Source: Octopus bimaculoides
Lineage: Eukaryota
Assembly (NCBI RefSeq): GCF_001194135.2
Contig: NC_069008.1
Coordinates: forward strand, 1,164,276 to 1,228,275
Direction of reading: 5' to 3'
Length of the DNA: 64,000 nt
This document shows positions 39,901 through 49,356 of the stretch, piece by piece (positions within the stretch are counted from its first letter, which is position 1; the number at the start of each line of letters is the position of its first letter). Made by a program: the position numbers and the translations under genes. The notes below the pieces were generated by a model. That model ran no database searches and had not been told where the DNA came from. It saw only the letters and a list, made by a program, of their open reading frames with translations.

Positions 39901-40003
39901 TTCTGTCGAGGGCTTACATGCCCCTTTATTAGACTGTTTTCCTTAGTCATTGCACAGTGATTGCCATAAGCTTATATAAATACCATATATATATATATAT
40001 AGA

Positions 40004-40034
<31 letters not shown>

Positions 40035-40737
40035 ATACACACCGAAAATTCTGGTGTGTGGTGAAGCAATACTTGCTGAACCCTAATTTTAGTTAAGTTT
40101 ATATAACTTTTACCGATAATGGTTTTTTAACACACCAAACTACTTGGTAAAATTACTAATTATCAATTAATTATTAATTTTTACCCTATATCTGTAAGAA
40201 TATATATAGATATATATATATATACATACATACCTATATATATGAAAAGCTTCATTCAGTTTCCTTCTACCAAATCCATTCACAAGGCTTTTGTTGGCCA
40301 GAGGCTATAGCAGGACACTTGCCTAAGGTGCCATGCAGTGGGACTGAATCTGGAACCATGTCCTTGAGAAGCAAACTTCTTACCACACAGCTATGTTACT
40401 ATTTTTGAAGTTCTTGTATTTTTGTTTTATTTTATTTTACAGCCACATTTCCTTGTTTGAGCTGATTGAAGAATTAGTCTGCACTACAGAATATGGCAGA
40501 TACCTACAGGAGTACATCCTCGATTCGAGTTCACCGAGCAAAGCCAGCACAAAATGTCCGCTTTACAAAGACTGTCCGGATATCCAGTACAAATGCATCC
40601 AAGTGGCACTGACCAGTTTGAGCAGCCTGGATCCAGAGTCTGCCGCCCCAGAAGAGTCGTTCTTACTCAACGATGAATTCACTTCAGAAATGGAAAAGGA
40701 CATGCTCTCACCAATAAGAACTGAGGATTTCTCATAA
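21484..40737 (+). CDS. HPS6: HPS6-like (BLOC-2 subunit, Hermansky-Pudlak syndrome 6), multi-exon gene
   Basis: 19 exons with canonical sites and chained phases (exon 6 is cut by a gap). VEESGHVQCW, TRVTSACLLPEHHLLYWCEQQQ, RQTILQNCPPCSLY...ILIIP and LVPFVMKAQQ align with remembered human HPS6 [41 protein letters not shown]...LFLVP and LPRFVELAQQ. Orthology not tested by search. Confidence 0.8.
22019..22156 (+). CDS. HPS6: HPS6-like exon 2 (EIEKIFKQHHYGNVERIWVTPG...SSS)
   Basis: tattacag acceptor, gtttgt donor, phase 0-0. Confidence 0.78.
22324..22428 (+). CDS. HPS6: HPS6-like exon 3 (SSVHWSLHIQTESTVLDVL...ATIIYV)
   Basis: cttcag / gtaagt, phase 0-0. Confidence 0.85.
23502..23763 (+). CDS. 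HPS6: HPS6-like exon 4 (VEESGHVQCW...LLYWCEQ...KLQLP)
   Basis: ttttcag / gtaata, phase 0-1; best HPS6 motif match. Confidence 0.88.
24130..24470. repeat. Degenerate ~50-65 bp minisatellite
   Basis: agaattcttcaaaaagaccctaacctgtaa and variants recur about 6 times. Confidence 0.75.
24516..24639 (+). CDS. HPS6: HPS6-like exon 5 (STIEDSS...RQTILQNCPPCSLYNLSCSILIIPDE)
   Basis: ttccag / gtaagc, phase 1-2. Confidence 0.87.
24963..25102. repeat. Inverted repeat (~48-bp arms)
   Basis: ttgtaagatacaaataaga...gcagaaacgc versus gcatttctgc...tcttatttgtatcttacaa. Confidence 0.8.
25123..25218 (+). CDS. HPS6: HPS6-like exon 6, 5' end lost in gap (GKTAVHHQISMKSGEPLNFKAILLQYQDIVKK)
   Basis: Open frame from the gap edge to a gtaaag donor; phase 0 matches the next exon. 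Confidence 0.75.
26085..26196 (+). CDS. HPS6: HPS6-like exon 7 (TFDQFAPILGSVFQHVKQEF...RETVL)
   Basis: catctcag / gtgagt, phase 0-1. Confidence 0.85.
26222..26604 (+). mobile_element. Full-length tRNA-derived SINE, family B
   Basis: Head GGAGGCGCAATGGCCCAGTGGTTAGGGCAGCGGAC with B box GGTTTCGATTCCC; tail GAGTGCCAACAA; possibly one of the octopus OR/OK SINEs (unverified). Confidence 0.85.
27291..27399 (+). CDS. HPS6: HPS6-like exon 8 (NEVISKELSSFCDV...NTQET)
   Basis: ttttcag / gtaagt, phase 1-2. Confidence 0.85.
27965..28100 (+). CDS. HPS6: HPS6-like exon 9 (VWNLTNGECLQRI...AIYLLQ)
   Basis: tttcaag / gtaagt, phase 2-0. Confidence 0.85.
28851..29040. repeat. 66-bp tandem repeat, about 3 visible units plus gap
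   Basis: tcaggtggcactggcatc starts at 28851, 28917 and 28983. Confidence 0.9.
29714..29800 (+). CDS. HPS6: HPS6-like exon 10 (QEPPPVNTGCLP...VALLDQ)
   Basis: ttccag / gtaagt, phase 0-0. Confidence 0.8.
31854..31965 (+). CDS. HPS6: HPS6-like exon 11 (EKFQTESLSAQRKLKELEKNW...YTRLT)
   Basis: ttgcag / gttcga (weak donor), phase 0-1. Confidence 0.8.
32345..32403 (-). mobile_element. Short fragment of the same Tc1/mariner family as 2446-3035
   Basis: SNTKDEPKARIMAAFTN is nearly identical to the 2770-2820 segment. Confidence 0.7.
32979..33046 (+). CDS. HPS6: HPS6-like exon 12 (DPFLESYWLLEDFWQNAILSEEK)
   Basis: tgttag / gtaaac, phase 1-0. Confidence 0.85.
33398..33630 (-). mobile_element. SINE family C (GGCGAGCTGGCAGAAACGTTAGC head)
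   Basis: tRNA-like head with GAGTTCAAATTCC B box; copies at 8900-9175, 17470-17837, 37380-37595 and 40960-41078 (minus) and 50958-51125 (plus). Confidence 0.8.
33915..34212 (+). mobile_element. tRNA-headed SINE-like element with hammerhead-containing tail (most intact copy)
   Basis: A box (TGGCGTAGTGG), B box (GAGTTCGATTCC), (AAT)n linker and a tail with a CTGACGA...GAAA core; preceded by an inverted copy of its own head. Confidence 0.85.
34120..34165 (+). ncRNA. Predicted minimal type I hammerhead ribozyme
   Basis: GACAC-CUGACGA-A-GGCUG(gagggtatat)CAGCC-GAA-ACGU-U-GUGUU: stems I and II pair, stem III is the palindrome ACGU; activity not shown. Confidence 0.7.
34474..34645 (+). CDS. HPS6: HPS6-like exon 13 (VINPFPFNGSLEEIIRQLL...FLDFNS)
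   Basis: cttccag / gtaggt, phase 0-1. Confidence 0.85.
35089..35225 (+). CDS. HPS6: HPS6-like exon 14 (DVCEKNLPVWQFVL...KEEPQNL)
   Basis: tttaaag / gtgagt, phase 1-0. Confidence 0.85.
36004..36081 (+). CDS. HPS6: HPS6-like exon 15 (VPFVMKAQQAYELNIGVAAFTRERHT)
   Basis: tttccag / gtaggt, phase 0-0. Confidence 0.83.
36220..36670. repeat. Compound trinucleotide array (GGT/AGT) in HPS6-like intron
   Basis: Visible directly. Confidence 0.9.
36725..36825 (+). CDS. HPS6: HPS6-like exon 16 (KKVFCEAYSCLPEV...KVQLILK)
   Basis: cttgcag / gtttgg, phase 0-2. Confidence 0.83.
37984..38131 (+). CDS. HPS6: HPS6-like exon 17 (ESGHYILKSQDVLLSAGHWESAL...KAMAK)
   Basis: tttcag / gtaatg, phase 2-0. Confidence 0.85.
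38338..38690. mobile_element. Head-to-head dimer of the hammerhead SINE (full minus copy plus deleted plus copy)
   Basis: Minus copy 38338-38593 with hammerhead 38391-38436, junction GT, plus copy truncated after ctcatgaaggctggag. Confidence 0.8.
38876..38931 (+). CDS. HPS6: HPS6-like exon 18 (AQVLHKYMNDLSSLLTLN)
   Basis: tttcag / gtgagt, phase 0-2. Confidence 0.83.
40443..40737 (+). CDS. HPS6: HPS6-like terminal exon (HISLFELIEELV...IRTEDFS*)
   Basis: ttttacag acceptor, phase 2, TAA at 40735-40737. Confidence 0.85.
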
Positions 40738-40866
40738 CCTGCTGTATAAATGGTTACGGGTCATGCCTAGGGTTGATAATGGTGTCCCTTGGTGCATTGA
40801 TTGGTGGGTGCGAATTTGAGAATTTTTCAATGTAAAAGATTAATGAGTCAAAAAAAAAACGATAAT

Positions 40867-40872
40867 AATAAA
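40867..40872 (+). terminator. Candidate polyadenylation signal of HPS6-like gene
   Basis: AATAAA about 130 nt after the stop codon. Confidence 0.4.
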
Positions 40873-41730
40873 AATAACCAAAGTAATATGATGTTAATTT
40901 TTTCAGACTGATAACTTCATATTTAGCAATGAAATATAATTTGATATTTACATCTACACTATTCTTATTTCTTTATTGCCCACAAGGGGCTAAACAGAGG
41001 GGACAAACAAGGACAGACAAAGGGATTAAGTCAATTACATCGACCCCAGTATGTAACTGGTACTTAATTTATCGACCTTGTCACACTCTGTGTCACGCTG
41101 AATATCCCCGAGAACTACGTTAAGGGTACACGTGTCTGTGGAGTGCTCAGCCACTTGCACGTTAATTTCACGAGCAGGCTGTTCCATTGATCGGACCAAC
41201 TGGAACCCTCGACGTCGTAAGCGACGGAGTGCCAACAAATAAAACATTTATACAACAAATGGACAATTGTTTAGAGAGTTTCTTTTTTTTTTTTTTAAGA
41301 GTTTTTTGATTTAACTCTGAAATCTTCCATATTCTATACACTGTGTAGCTCACATTGATTGCCGAAAACAAATTCAAACTCATAGTTGCGTACCACCTTC
41401 CAAAAGACTTTGAACCATCTCTTGGCACTGTCCTTCCGTTCAGCTTATCTTCCTGGTGTCAGCTAACTCTCAGCACCAACCGAACGCCATTGCCTTGTGT
41501 TCAGTAGCATTTGTCTGACATTTCTGCCAGTCTACCTGATAATAAAAACTGGTTCCCCTGTTGGCTCAAGCACACACATAATGGGGTTGCAGGATGGGAT
41601 TTGGCTGCTGTTTCTGTGCCATGAAGATGTATCCTTGTTGGCTCATACATGTAAACATAATGTTACAGAAGAATATTTGAAAACAATTTCTAAAAGGTTT
41701 CTCTACCATGGAGATGTCTCCGCTGTTGGC

Positions 41731-42072
41731 TTGTTGGCACTCCGTCGGTTACGGCGACGAGGGTTCCACTTGATTCGATAAACGTAACACCCTGCTCGTG
41801 AAATTAACGTGCAAGTCGCTGAGTACTCCACAGACACGTGTACCCTTAACGTAGTTCTCGGGGATATTCAACGTGACACAGTGTGACAAGGCTGACCCCT
41901 TTGAATTACAGGCACAACAGAAACAGGAAGTAAGAGTGAGAGAAAGTTGTGGTGGAAGAGTACAGCAGGGTTCGCCACCATCCCCTGCCGGAGCCTCGTG
42001 GCGCTTTTAGGTGTTTTCGCTCAATAAACACTCACAACGCCCGGTCTGGAAATCGAAACTGCGATCCTATGA
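41731..42072 (-). mobile_element. SINE family B copy (head in gap)
   Basis: Reverse complement of family B body; an opposite-orientation 3' half sits at 41080-41236. Confidence 0.8.
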
Positions 42073-42457
42073 NNNNNNNNNNNNNNNNNNNNNNNNNNNN
42101 NNNNNNNNNNNNNNNNNNNNNNNNNNNNNNNNNNNNNNNNNNNNNNNNNNNNNNNNNNNNNNNNNNNNNNNNNNNNNNNNNNNNNNNNNNNNNNNNNNNN
42201 NNNNNNNNNNNNNNNNNNNNNNNNNNNNNNNNNNNNNNNNNNNNNNNNNNNNNNNNNNNNNNNNNNNNNNNNNNNNNNNNNNNNNNNNNNNNNNNNNNNN
42301 NNNNNNNNNNNNNNNNNNNNNNNNNNNNNNNNNNNNNNNNNNNNNNNNNNNNNNNNNNNNNNNNNNNNNNNNNNNNNNNNNNNNNNNNNNNNNNNNNNNN
42401 NNNNNNNNNNNNNNNNNNNNNNNNNNNNNNNNNNATATATATATATATATATATATA

Positions 42458-42925
42458 CGCCACGTCATTGGCCAGCCATGTGTGACGCCTAAAAGACGAA
42501 GAGCACCACACGTAATATCATGGAAAATTCTAGAAAAACCGGATCTTTACGTCAACGGAAGCAAGCTGTGCATAGCTGAACGGGCGAGAATATTAAAGAA
42601 CTCCCTCAACTCGAGGAACATCTTAAATTCCAAGACGGAAATCTTGAGGCCCTGCTTACACTTCAAGAGATCCCAATTGAAGTGCTGGAACCCCACAAGC
42701 CGATCACGTCGATTACAGATAACGGTCTAAGGGAGACAATCCTTTGCGATAAACCTCCCGTCCTCTCCTTTGATCGTGTGTTCACCAACTGGCTACGAGA
42801 TCTTTTCTTCTTCCACTTTGAAGAGAAGCCATAAGCCACTGACCATTAGGGTCCGAGGAGATACCATAAAGCTAAGCGCTTCATGGATGTGAAACCAAGA
42901 GTAATACTCCACCCCATAGACCGGC
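42458..42925 (+). mobile_element. Penelope-like element 3' remnant (C-terminal part of GIY-YIG endonuclease region)
   Basis: ISWKILEKPDLYVNGSKLCIAERARILKNSLNSRNILNSKTEILRPCLH fits the remembered PLE pattern W.I...Y...LC..E...I...LN...E....C.H. Confidence 0.65.
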
Positions 42926-44056
42926 CATAACTATATCTAATATATGTACAGGGTGTCCACAAAGTCTGGGTACATGGAGTAAATAAAATCATAGCATAAA
43001 CAATTAAATAGAAGAAATATTACTGCTGTATTTTTCATAGCAAGTTTATAAAAAACAACACTACATATTATTTTGATATTAAAAATTTAGATAATATTTA
43101 GAAGAAAGCTTCGGAAAACGTTTGCAAATAAATGTTCTACACACGAGAATTAATACGGTGTGTTTTGTTAAATTTTCCGTTGGATGTTCTTTTGTTAAAT
43201 TCTTGAAACTTAATTTAATTTCAATTTTTAATGAATTGATTTTAATTGAGTTTTTACCTGTAATTTTGGATTTTTATCCCTATTATTATTATTATTATTA
43301 TGAAATATTATTTATGTAACGCTACGCACTTCATAAGTTTTTTTTACTCATTTCTAGAATATTCTTGGAATATATATATATATATTTTGTTAGTTCGTTA
43401 TATGTGGTTTGTGCCTGAAGAATATGTTTGAGCATTTCTATTTCTCTGTCTTTCTCCTTTGTCTGTCTTTTGCCTTCCTTTTTCTGTCTCTTTCTCTTCC
43501 TAACACTTTCCAGCCCTCTCCGACTCTCCTCCCACTAGCACATAACCCTTGACCTTTCACGTGTCTCTCTCTCTCGTCCTCTTTACCTTTGGCTCGTTTG
43601 GTCACGTGCTCCTACACTGTTTACTTCAGATCCTCGTTCTGACTTTCCTTCCGCCTCATTCTCGTTTCCAACTCTACAGGACATTTTCATTCTTCTTTGC
43701 GCTCCCCAATAGTTCTCTGTTTCCCGGCTGCACGGCATTTTTTTTCGTTGTATAATGATTATTTTGCTGTGTTCGTTTTTTTTTTTTCCTTGCCCTGTAC
43801 GTTCCTTACAAATAATGTCACGCGTTTTTCCAGAAAGAACATTTATTAAAAAAAAGTCGCATAGACTTCCAACTTGTGTGCAAGCAACACACGGTTGCCC
43901 ATAAGAAGAACAATATTCTTGAGCTTGTATCTCAATAACTGACCAGCAGATCGGATTTGTATCGGCGAGTTACTTACGGATATCGCAAAAACTGAGATTT
44001 ACTGGAAACTGGTGAGTTTTAAATTTCTTATAGACGACTGGTTGAGTACAATTTTA

Positions 44057-44182
44057 GGTAAATTTCCAGATTAACACCTACACGATTTTCGCTAGGGTGG
44101 GAATTCCGTCCCTAACCGTAACCGTAACCCTAATCCTAAAACCCTAGTGAAAATCGTGCGGGTGTTAATTTGAAAATTTACC
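44057..44182. repeat. Inverted repeat (41-bp arms) enclosing degenerate telomere-like TAACCC units
   Basis: Arms 44057-44097 and 44142-44182; loop cctaaccgtaaccgtaaccctaatcctaaa. Confidence 0.85.
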
Positions 44183-44235
44183 CAATTTAATTACTAGTGA
44201 AAAAGGAATGATTATTTTTCATTGAATTTTTAAGG

Positions 44236-44300
44236 TACCGTAAATCCTCGAGTATAATCCACATTTTCCCCCCAAAATTTAAAGGTCAAAATTCCGGTAC
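44236..44300 (+). mobile_element. pogo/Tigger-like terminal fragment
   Basis: TA+CCGTAAATCCTCGAGTATAA resembles pogo-type termini. Confidence 0.4.
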
Positions 44301-44634
44301 TATTCAAGAAGAGTAGTCCCGGTGCGCACACTCGCGCTAGCTAGTCGTGACTAGTCGATCCTAAACAGAGTAAATAAAACACAAAGTAAATAGTTTTTTT
44401 TTTTTATAAATCTCCTTTTACAAAACCACTACATTATAGGGATGTCAAAAAACCAACAACGGCCCCCCAAGTGATGGCCTTGAAAAATTTTGTTTTAGTC
44501 GAATGAATCGAATCCAGCCCTTATTTTTGTCTCTTTTGCTGAACTGCTGAGTTATAGGAGCCTAAACACCAACACCAGTTATCAAGCAGTGATGGGAGAC
44601 AGACACACAGACATGAGGAGACACACACACACAG

Positions 44635-44670
<36 letters not shown>

Positions 44671-45075
44671 TCGATGGGCTTCTTTCGGTTTCCATCCACC
44701 AAAGCCACTCACAAGGCTTTGGTCTGCTTGAGGCTATATTAGAAGACACTTGCCCAAGGTGCCACGCAATGGGACTGAANNNNNNNNNNGAAGACACTTG
44801 TCCAAAGTGCCACGCAGTGGGACTGAACCCGGAACCATGGTGATTGGTAAACAAGCTACTTTATTTCATAAATATTTGCCATAAAGGCATTACAAAGAGG
44901 GGACGAACAAGAACAGACAAACATAAAAGGGATGAAGTAGCTGTATCGATTAAATATTTACAATTTTAAATATACAATAATAATTTGATTATATTTACAA
45001 TGTTCAATTAAAGCATTGCTCATTACAGATGCAGTTTATAATGGCTTTCCTGATGGATAGGCATCCGACCACATA

Positions 45076-45250
45076 TATATTGGGTTGGTGCATAATTATT
45101 GCTGCTTTTTTTCAACAAATTTTATTCAACAAAAACAATAACAACATGTAACAAAAATATCTTTAAATGATTATTCCGAACATATTCACCATCTACTTCA
45201 ATTACTGCTTCCCATTTGCTTGGCAGACGGTCAGACCGTCATTCAAAGAT
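45076..45250 (-). mobile_element. mariner-like 3' end fragment
   Basis: Minus strand RLPSKWEAVIEVDGEYVRN* next to a TIR-like tattgggttggtgcataatt. Confidence 0.65.
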
Positions 45251-46160
45251 GTATATATATATGACAGGCTTCTTTCAGATTCTATCTACCATACCCACCA
45301 ACAAGGCTTTGGTCGACCCGAGGCTATAGTAGAAGACACCTGCTCAAAGTGCCACACAGTGGGACTGAACTCGGTTGGGAAGCAAGCTTCTTACCACCAA
45401 GCTACGCCGGCGTCTACGTCATCTCTACATTTTTTTATTTCCTCTTAAAGACTTCTGTTCCGCAAGCTTTTTCAAACATGCTTCACAATATCCGCTTCTT
45501 CCATTTTTTTTTTCCATGTCTTCTGTTTTCTCCCTTCCTCACTCCCTCCACGTGACAAAAACTCTTGTTTAATGAAATGCTGCGTAGGAAGTAAGCCACA
45601 GACAGTGGATGTTTCATAACGGTAGTGGGCATATCTTTCTATATATATATTTTTTTACAGTTAAGGCCAAGCTGTAAAATGCATAAAGCATTATCATTGT
45701 TGTTTAACCTCCTGGTCACTCTGAGCTGAGCAGACCTACAATTAAAGACATTCCGGACGCAATCAACCCACCCTTCTTTCTTGCAGGCATTGTATATCTG
45801 GGACTATACTGATACGATTCAAATTTGGTTGTTGTTTCTGGCAAACCTATAATTAAAGGCATTCCAGACATAATTAACTCACCCCCTTTCTTGCGGTCAT
45901 TGTGTTATTTGGACTATATTGACACGATTCAAATTTGGTTGTCATTTCTGTTAGGTCAAGAAGCCATTTAGAAGTTTTGAAGTTCCCCTCACTGGGTCGT
46001 ATAATGTATATAAATGTATTAGCAAGTCGGTTAAGAATGCAGTGGGGGATGGAGGACATCTGAGACGGGAAACATAGCTTGAATAGGAGACAAGGAGGGA
46101 AGGGAAGGAGAATGTAAAGCGAAGAGTGAAAGGGAGAGAAGGAGAATGAGTGGGGAAGAA

Positions 46161-46203
<43 letters not shown>

Positions 46204-48529
46204 ATAGAGCGCAAGAAATTTAACAGTTTGCCGGGTCACACTGATAAGAGAATAACTTTACGATGAAGGACGGAGCAGAAGAATTTGATATGTAAAATTT
46301 GTGTACACACACTGACACACACACACATGCAGACACACGCACACACTTTTCGCATTTCCTTATTCACATAAATTAAATCCAGATAGATACACACTCACTC
46401 GGCGTTCACACACATTTGTATGCGATTCTTTATGTCAGTCTCTAACCGCTTGACATTTTGTGTCGGTTTGTTTACGTCCCCGTAACATTGTACAATAAGT
46501 GGAGGACTTCAAAAGAGGTAATGGGGTCGATCTGATCCCAACAGCATAAAAAAAAAAGAAAACACAGATACCGTTAAATTTTGTATGTATATTTGTGTGG
46601 TTGTTCCCCCCCCCCCCNNNNNNNNNNNNNNNNNNNNNNNNNNNNNNNNNNNNNNNNNNNNNNNTCCCCCCCCCCCATATGACCGCTTCACAACTGGTGT
46701 TGATAAGATTACGTCCCCCGTTACTTAACGGTTCGGCAAAAGCGACCGATGGAATACGTACTAGGCTTACAAAGTATAAGTCCTGGGTTCGATTTGTTCG
46801 ACTAAATCCATTTAAAGCAGTGCTCCAGCATGGCCGAAGTCAAATGATAAACAGAAAAAAGTATAAAAGTATAATAGGTGGAGGCACGGCTGTTGTAAGA
46901 AGCTTGTTTCCCAGCCACTGAGTGGCTCCCTGGGTGTATAGAGGTTGATTCTACATTGTTGTTGACTCTACATATTTTTTCACGTCTGGCCCACAGCCCT
47001 TCTTGTTTATTTTCACTGTTTCATTTTCCTGTCGTGTTTTCTGTTTGCCACTAAATACCTCCGCATTACAAATTTCATTTAATTTGTTTCCGCGGGAAGA
47101 GCCATTCTAACAATGCGTCCTGCCCTAACTCTTCGAAACGCTTAGTTTAGTATGGTGGCAGCTGATGAAGGAAATGTTCTCTACGTGGCCTGTGTGTTTT
47201 CTGTGCTCTGTTTATCATTTTGCCCCCGTTTTTTTTTTGTGACGTCCTGTACCCAGATATGCATCTATAAATACATGTAGATGTAGGTATGTACATACAT
47301 GTACGTATATATGCATATACTCACATATCATTCGTATTATATATATTTATATGTGTGTGTGTGTGTATGTGTTTATTAACAAACTGCGTCTAACGACGAA
47401 ACAGAAAACCATATTTATTGAATGGTACCGGCTATGGAGACTTACATTCAAGACTTTAGGTTTCTGTTCAACGCTACGATAATCGTCGTACCATGGATGA
47501 TTTTTATTTTTTTTTTTTCGTATTTGTAATCGGGCTCACGAAACCTGAAGAAATGCAACGATTATCGTATTATTTAATACTGAAACTTAAAGTCATTCAA
47601 TATATATATANNNNNNNNNNCTGTCCTTGTTTGTCCCCTCTATGTTTAGCTCCTCGTGGGCAATAAAGAATTATATATTTCTGTCTTCATGTTTTCCAGG
47701 GTTACTTTCTCCCTTAATTGTCTTTGTTGGTCCTGTTCGTTTGGAATACGTTTAATTTGGAGTTTATGAGGCAGAATTATTGGTGCAGAATTTAACCAGC
47801 GTTCATAAATTTCTGCCTTGTGGTTGTTTTTGATCATGTTCCAGAAACAAAACTTCCTGGCTTTAAGTTTTTCATTCTATATGTGTATAATGCGGTTTTT
47901 AATTGCTAGTGTAAGCGTGGAGGTGGGGGGGGGGTTCTATTTTGTGCATCATCTGTAGGTAGATTTTCATTTAGGTAATTATTATGTGGTAAAGAATGAA
48001 GAGTGGTGCATAATTCCGACAAATGTTGATTGAGCTGTTCCAGGGATTGTTCTTTCTCTTCGTTTCCTCTTGTGTAAAGCGGGTGAGTTCATCAATCTTG
48101 CTAATCAAAAGTTTCAAATTCGTTTTGATCGCTTTCAGCGCCATAAGACTCTCTCTATATATATACACACATACAAATATACATATGCTGTGTGTAGCAT
48201 CGTGTGGGTGTGAGAGGCTTGTATCTATTATATAAAAAAAAAAAAAACTTTCAAGGTGGTGCTCCAGCATGGCCGCAGTCTACTGAATGAAACAAGTAAA
48301 AGAAAGAAAGGAACAAAAAAAAAAAAAACCCATACATTTCGTACGTATACCTGTGGCTAAAGACATGCAGCTAGCTTTACTGATTGAGTGTGACAGGAAG
48401 ATATATTTAAATGAAATCTAGGAAAACCATTTGACAATCCAGAATCGACCCACCCTCTCTGATTGCATTCGTGGACAAAGAATTACTTTATGGCTGCAAT
48501 AAGGTAGGCAAATAATGCAATCATTATGT

Positions 48530-48624
48530 TGGCCAAGATAAGGAATATGCACACCACCCGTTTTCGGCGTAACCCTAACCCTAAACGCGAAAACGGCTGA
48601 TGTGCATATTCTTTACCTTCGCCA
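48530..48624. repeat. Inverted repeat enclosing aaccctaaccctaa
   Basis: aggaatatgcacaccacccgttttcg versus cgaaaacggctgatgtgcatattctt. Confidence 0.8.
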
Positions 48625-48840
48625 TTGTGTTTTCTGCTTTACTTGTTTTCACGTGGAGATTGCGACCATACTGGAGCCTCCTCGCCTTTTAATGCGTTTC
48701 AGACGATCAAATTGACCCGAGTTTTAATTCTTTTTGGTTAATATTTACTGTAACACCTGGTCACCACAATATTGGGTTGTCCGGAAAGTTCGCGCCGATT
48801 TTAAAGGAAACAAAAAGGTCAATAAATGCCATTACATTTT

Positions 48841-49356
48841 TGGTAATCTTCCAGTTTAGGGCGGTAAAAAAAGTAAATAAAAAATATACAAGGGAAATAA
48901 CTTAACGTCTTACTAGTATTATCCGTACAACCCTGAAATGTGTTTTTTTTTTAGCTGTTTATAAATAAATCACACATTTTTTTTTTAACAAGTCCGCATG
49001 GTACTAAACAATCGTCGCAGGTAAACTGATTCCCAATAAGCCGACGGCACGCACACCATTCCAACATTGTGTGTCTTGAACTGCTGCATAATTCACTAAT
49101 ATTCTTCCAATATGATTAATTGACGAGGATTTCATTTTCAGGAACAATAAGTTGTTGTGTAGCCGGTCTTCCACGAGGCATTTTCGATCTCTCAGCCGGT
49201 ACTATGATATTCAATCACGTGTGTGATTTATTTATAAACAACTTAAAAAAAAAACACATTTCAGAGTAGTACGGATAATACTAGTAAGACGTTAAGTTAT
49301 TTCCCTTGTATATTTTTATTTACTTATTTTACCGCCCTCAATTGGGAAGATTACCA
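48841..49356. mobile_element. MITE-like element with ~136-bp terminal inverted repeats
   Basis: 48841-48976 is the reverse complement of 49220-49356 with few mismatches. Confidence 0.85.

Noticed and set aside
47125-47180. CGAAAC and CTGATGA boxes near each other as another hammerhead
   Set aside because: The order is GAAA before CUGAUGA and I could not find pairing stems
47646-48150. Minus-strand peptide fragments (ERWLNSAPIILPHKLQIKRIPNEQ...)
   Set aside because: No splice chain; more likely a decayed retroelement ORF, but the family could not be supported
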